Shown here: positions 61,334 to 64,000 of the stretch, piece by piece
How positions within the stretch are numbered: the first letter of the stretch is position 1
Layout of the letters: the number at the start of each line of letters is the position of its first letter
From: Sedimentisphaerales bacterium
GTDB taxonomy: Bacteria; Planctomycetota; Phycisphaerae; Sedimentisphaerales; SM23-30
Reading direction: 5' to 3'
NCBI GenBank assembly: GCA_963663965.2
Contig: CAXXFK010000010.1
Span: 249,593-313,592 of the forward strand
DNA length: 64,000 nt
Translations under genes and position numbers: made by a program
The notes under the pieces: generated by a model
Told to the model about the DNA's origin: nothing
What the model saw: the letters and a program-made list of their open reading frames with translations, nothing else
Databases searched by the model: none

Positions 61334-63178
61334 TCATTGAGCCCCTTCCAGCCAATTCTCTGAAAGACTGGCATAATCAATCAGGTCAACCGTACCGGAG
61401 AGGTTGAGGTCTGCATTTCCACAGTTTAGCGCCGATAGATCATCCTGAGCCATCCAATGATCAACAAAATAATATAGATCTTCCAAGCCAACCCCATCCG
61501 GACATAACCAATCCCCCGCCAGAGTCCGGCCGGAGAGACGGGGATAATTTTCCGCTTCGCAGATTGCCCAGATATCTTCGCTTCCATTGTAAGCTTCGTT
61601 AGTAAAATCCCAACCAGCAGCCGTGTAAGTGATCATGGATTTCATCTCCAACGTCGTTTTATCGAACAACGTCGAGAGTTCGCCATTGTTCTGCCCGGCA
61701 CCCGTGGTTTGTTGGCTGGTCTGATTGTCCCAGAAACTGTTTATGATATTCGCATAAGACAGGACGCTGACAGTTTTATAATTAAAGCCGACAAACCCTC
61801 CGACATATTGCGTGCCAGTTACGGCACCGGCGCAGTAGCAATGTTGAACCAGGGCGGTATCGCCCGCCCCCCAATTGCTCCCCAGCAAGCCGCCGATATA
61901 TTTTTGGCCCAGGGCTTTTCCTGTGGCACAGGAATTGAGGATAGTCCCCATATAGTTGAAGCCACAAAGGCCGCCTACGTAATCGAGCGTGGTCGATTGA
62001 GCATCGCCGGAGGCGGCACACTGGCTGATCAAGCCGCGGTTGTTATAACCGACAGCGCCGCCGACGTAATTACTCACACCCTCGACTGAGCCAAACGCGG
62101 AGGTATGGAGGCACTGTCCGGTATTTAAATGCCCGATGACCCCCCCCACCTTTGATTTGCCCACCACCTTGCCGAACGCCTGACAGTGCGAGACCGAGGA
62201 ACCGACGATCATACCGGCGATCCCCCCGATATTATCGGCGTTAATACCACTGATGACCATTTTAGAGATACCATGGGAGATATACCCGGTATTTTTATTG
62301 CTGCTGCCCACGATGCCCCCCTGGTTGGCTCCGCCGCCATTGGCGCTGACGGCGCCCGAAGAGACGCAGTTGACAATACCACAATAATCATCGATCGCGC
62401 CTACGATACCTCCCAGGGCATTTCTACCCAACACGGTGCCCGTAAAAGAACAGTTTGTGATGGTTCCTTTGATCATGGACCCGGCAATGCCACCGGCGAA
62501 ATTGCCGGTAGCAATATTGACGGAGCCCCGGGCGTGGCAGTCTTTCAGGGTGGTCCCCAGATGATAACCAACAATACCTCCAGCCACTCCGCTGGAAGCC
62601 TGCACCGCAACGTTGGCCCGACAATTTTCGATATTGCCATCCCCGGTCATTTCGGTATCATCATTGCCATCCAGTCCGGCAATGCCCCCCACATTGGTCC
62701 GGCCTTTGATGATTCCGCTGACGAAACAACCGGTAATGGAGCCGTTGAAGTTGTTTCCGGCGATCGCCCCTACATTTTTCCAGCCAGTAATATCCACATC
62801 CGTCATATTCAGGTCAAAAACTTTGCCGCCATTACCAATGCAGCCAAACAATCCGACAAAATCGGCATCTATTTGCCCATCCGTGTAATGAAATCCCGTT
62901 ATAGTACGATGATTTCCATCAAAATTTCCACTGAAGCATTCGGCTTGGCTGATTCCGATACGATGGAAAGCCGTGTCAGTATAAGAAGATAAATCCATAT
63001 TTTCCATGAGCTTAAACGATTTGTCCCAATCACCCGGCGATGTCCCCAATTCATCCAGCTGGGCGGCGCTGCAGATTAAAAAAGGATCGTCCGTGCTCCC
63101 GCTACCGCCGCCATAATTTCCTGAATAGACCCGCGTCGCCGACAGAAATAGCATAAAAATCCAAACTGACCTTTTCAT
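61334..63178 (-). CDS. Secreted GLUG-motif repeat protein with dockerin-like C-terminus
   Basis: GGSGSTDDPFLI, FSGNFDGN, many VGGIxG repeats, AGWDF...W...YPRL and ADLNLSGTVDLID. Confidence 0.88.
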   Translation of the reverse strand: MKRSVWIFMLFLSATRVYSGNYGGGSGSTDDPFLICSAAQLDELGTSPGDWDKSFKLMENMDLSSYTDTAFHRIGISQAECFSGNFDGNHRTITGFHYTDGQIDADFVGLFGCIGNGGKVFDLNMTDVDITGWKNVGAIAGNNFNGSITGCFVSGIIKGRTNVGGIAGLDGNDDTEMTGDGNIENCRANVAVQASSGVAGGIVGYHLGTTLKDCHARGSVNIATGNFAGGIAGSMIKGTITNCSFTGTVLGRNALGGIVGAIDDYCGIVNCVSSGAVSANGGGANQGGIVGSSNKNTGYISHGISKMVISGINADNIGGIAGMIVGSSVSHCQAFGKVVGKSKVGGVIGHLNTGQCLHTSAFGSVEGVSNYVGGAVGYNNRGLISQCAASGDAQSTTLDYVGGLCGFNYMGTILNSCATGKALGQKYIGGLLGSNWGAGDTALVQHCYCAGAVTGTQYVGGFVGFNYKTVSVLSYANIINSFWDNQTSQQTTGAGQNNGELSTLFDKTTLEMKSMITYTAAGWDFTNEAYNGSEDIWAICEAENYPRLSGRTLAGDWLCPDGVGLEDLYYFVDHWMAQDDLSALNCGNADLNLSGTVDLIDYASLSENWLEGAQ

Positions 63179-63532
63179 AACAAATTCCTCATACTTTTGA
63201 AAAAATATCAAATTACACTAATTTAATATACTGTGGGTCCAGAAACGAATTCCACCTAATTCGCCAAAATAAAGCCGGTCTTTTCAATTGTTCATTGGAT
63301 GATGGGCACTATGGGGATTATGGCACTAAGGGGCCGTAAATAAATAACACCTTCATTTCTCATCCCAGCTTGCCGGCATCCTCAATCTCCCGGTATATAT
63401 AATTTTTTATTTCGCCATACTCAAGGATATTTACATAGGAATAATTATATCTTTCGATTTATTATGCCGATTTTAAAGTATATGTCGATGCGACATTGCA
63501 GCATAGCAAAACCATTAACCAACAAAACCATT

Positions 63533-64000
63533 ATGACCCTGACAGCAATCCACTTATTCATCATGCGGGGATTCCAGACGCTCCGGCCAGACACCCATCG
63601 CCAGTTGAGATGGCGCCTGGTGCCAAGCCTGATTGCCGGCTGGCTGTTCTGTCTATCCCCGGTTTTTGCCCATGAATCGACGGAAATTAACCGATCTGGC
63701 GCCGGTTTACAAGCAGAGCAAGACAAAACGTCGTTTCTGGATCAACTGACACATGAAGAAAGGCTCTGGCTGGAAGAACATCCGGTGATCCGGGTGGGTG
63801 TGGACCAAAGCTGGCCGCCACTGGAATTTGTTGATAGTGAGGGTGAACACCAGGGGATGTCCAATGACTATCTGACCATTCTGGAAGGGAAACTGGGCGT
63901 CACTTTCGAACGTTATTCCAATCCGACCTGGCAGGCGACCATCGATCTTTTTCGCGACTGGAAGCTGGATATGACCGCCTGCCTGGCGGCAACGGAATCG
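63533..64000 (+). CDS. Probable BvgS/EvgS-type sensor with periplasmic solute-binding domain (3' end outside the window)
   Basis: Hand translation gives LTHEERLWLEEHPVIRVGVDQSWPPLEFVDSEGEHQG. Not in the ORF track because there is no stop in the window. Confidence 0.8.
   Translation, partial: MTLTAIHLFIMRGFQTLRPDTHRQLRWRLVPSLIAGWLFCLSPVFAHESTEINRSGAGLQAEQDKTSFLDQLTHEERLWLEEHPVIRVGVDQSWPPLEFVDSEGEHQGMSNDYLTILEGKLGVTFERYSNPTWQATIDLFRDWKLDMTACLAATES

Noticed and set aside
63296..63334. Short direct repeat GGCACTATGGGG / GGCACTAAGGGG
   Set aside because: Only two copies and no supporting context.
1..64000. tRNA, rRNA or tmRNA genes
   Set aside because: No cloverleaf or T-arm signature or rRNA-like sequence recognised in intergenic regions.

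Overview
Bacterial chromosomal window, most likely from an anaerobic Planctomycetota (Phycisphaerae/Sedimentisphaerales-like). This is inferred from a prepilin/DUF1559-type gene, a PEP-CTERM protein, dockerin-like C-termini and a GLUG-repeat protein. Bases 1-53.1 kb are mostly housekeeping and metabolic genes: nadE, ilvD, cyclophilin, panE, dnaG-rpoD, mnmA, GTP-PEPCK, rsmA, two sensor kinases, an octaheme-TPR protein, frameshifted prfB, a HypD-like glycyl radical enzyme with its activase, ccsBA, kdsD-kdsC plus a large Lpt-like gene, hslU and an OPT transporter. A 3' remnant of a class C group II intron lies at 1.8-2.2 kb. Bases 53.2-60.1 kb form an accessory island and hold the best candidate for an undescribed system. 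An uncharacterised 'NRRNAQKSTGP...KHG' gene is preceded by about 0.9 kb of non-coding DNA built from modular ~315-bp multi-hairpin units (367-bp period) that show compensatory base changes. The region also has a sigma70-like promoter, inverted-repeat operator-like sites, and a short motif shared between the repeats and the gene's coding sequence. A gene-less second copy of this control block lies 4.75 kb away. Between the two copies are small cargo ORFs, one split by a complete ISL3 element with an 8-bp target duplication. All calls come from reading the sequence and recalling motifs; no database searches or folding programs were run.
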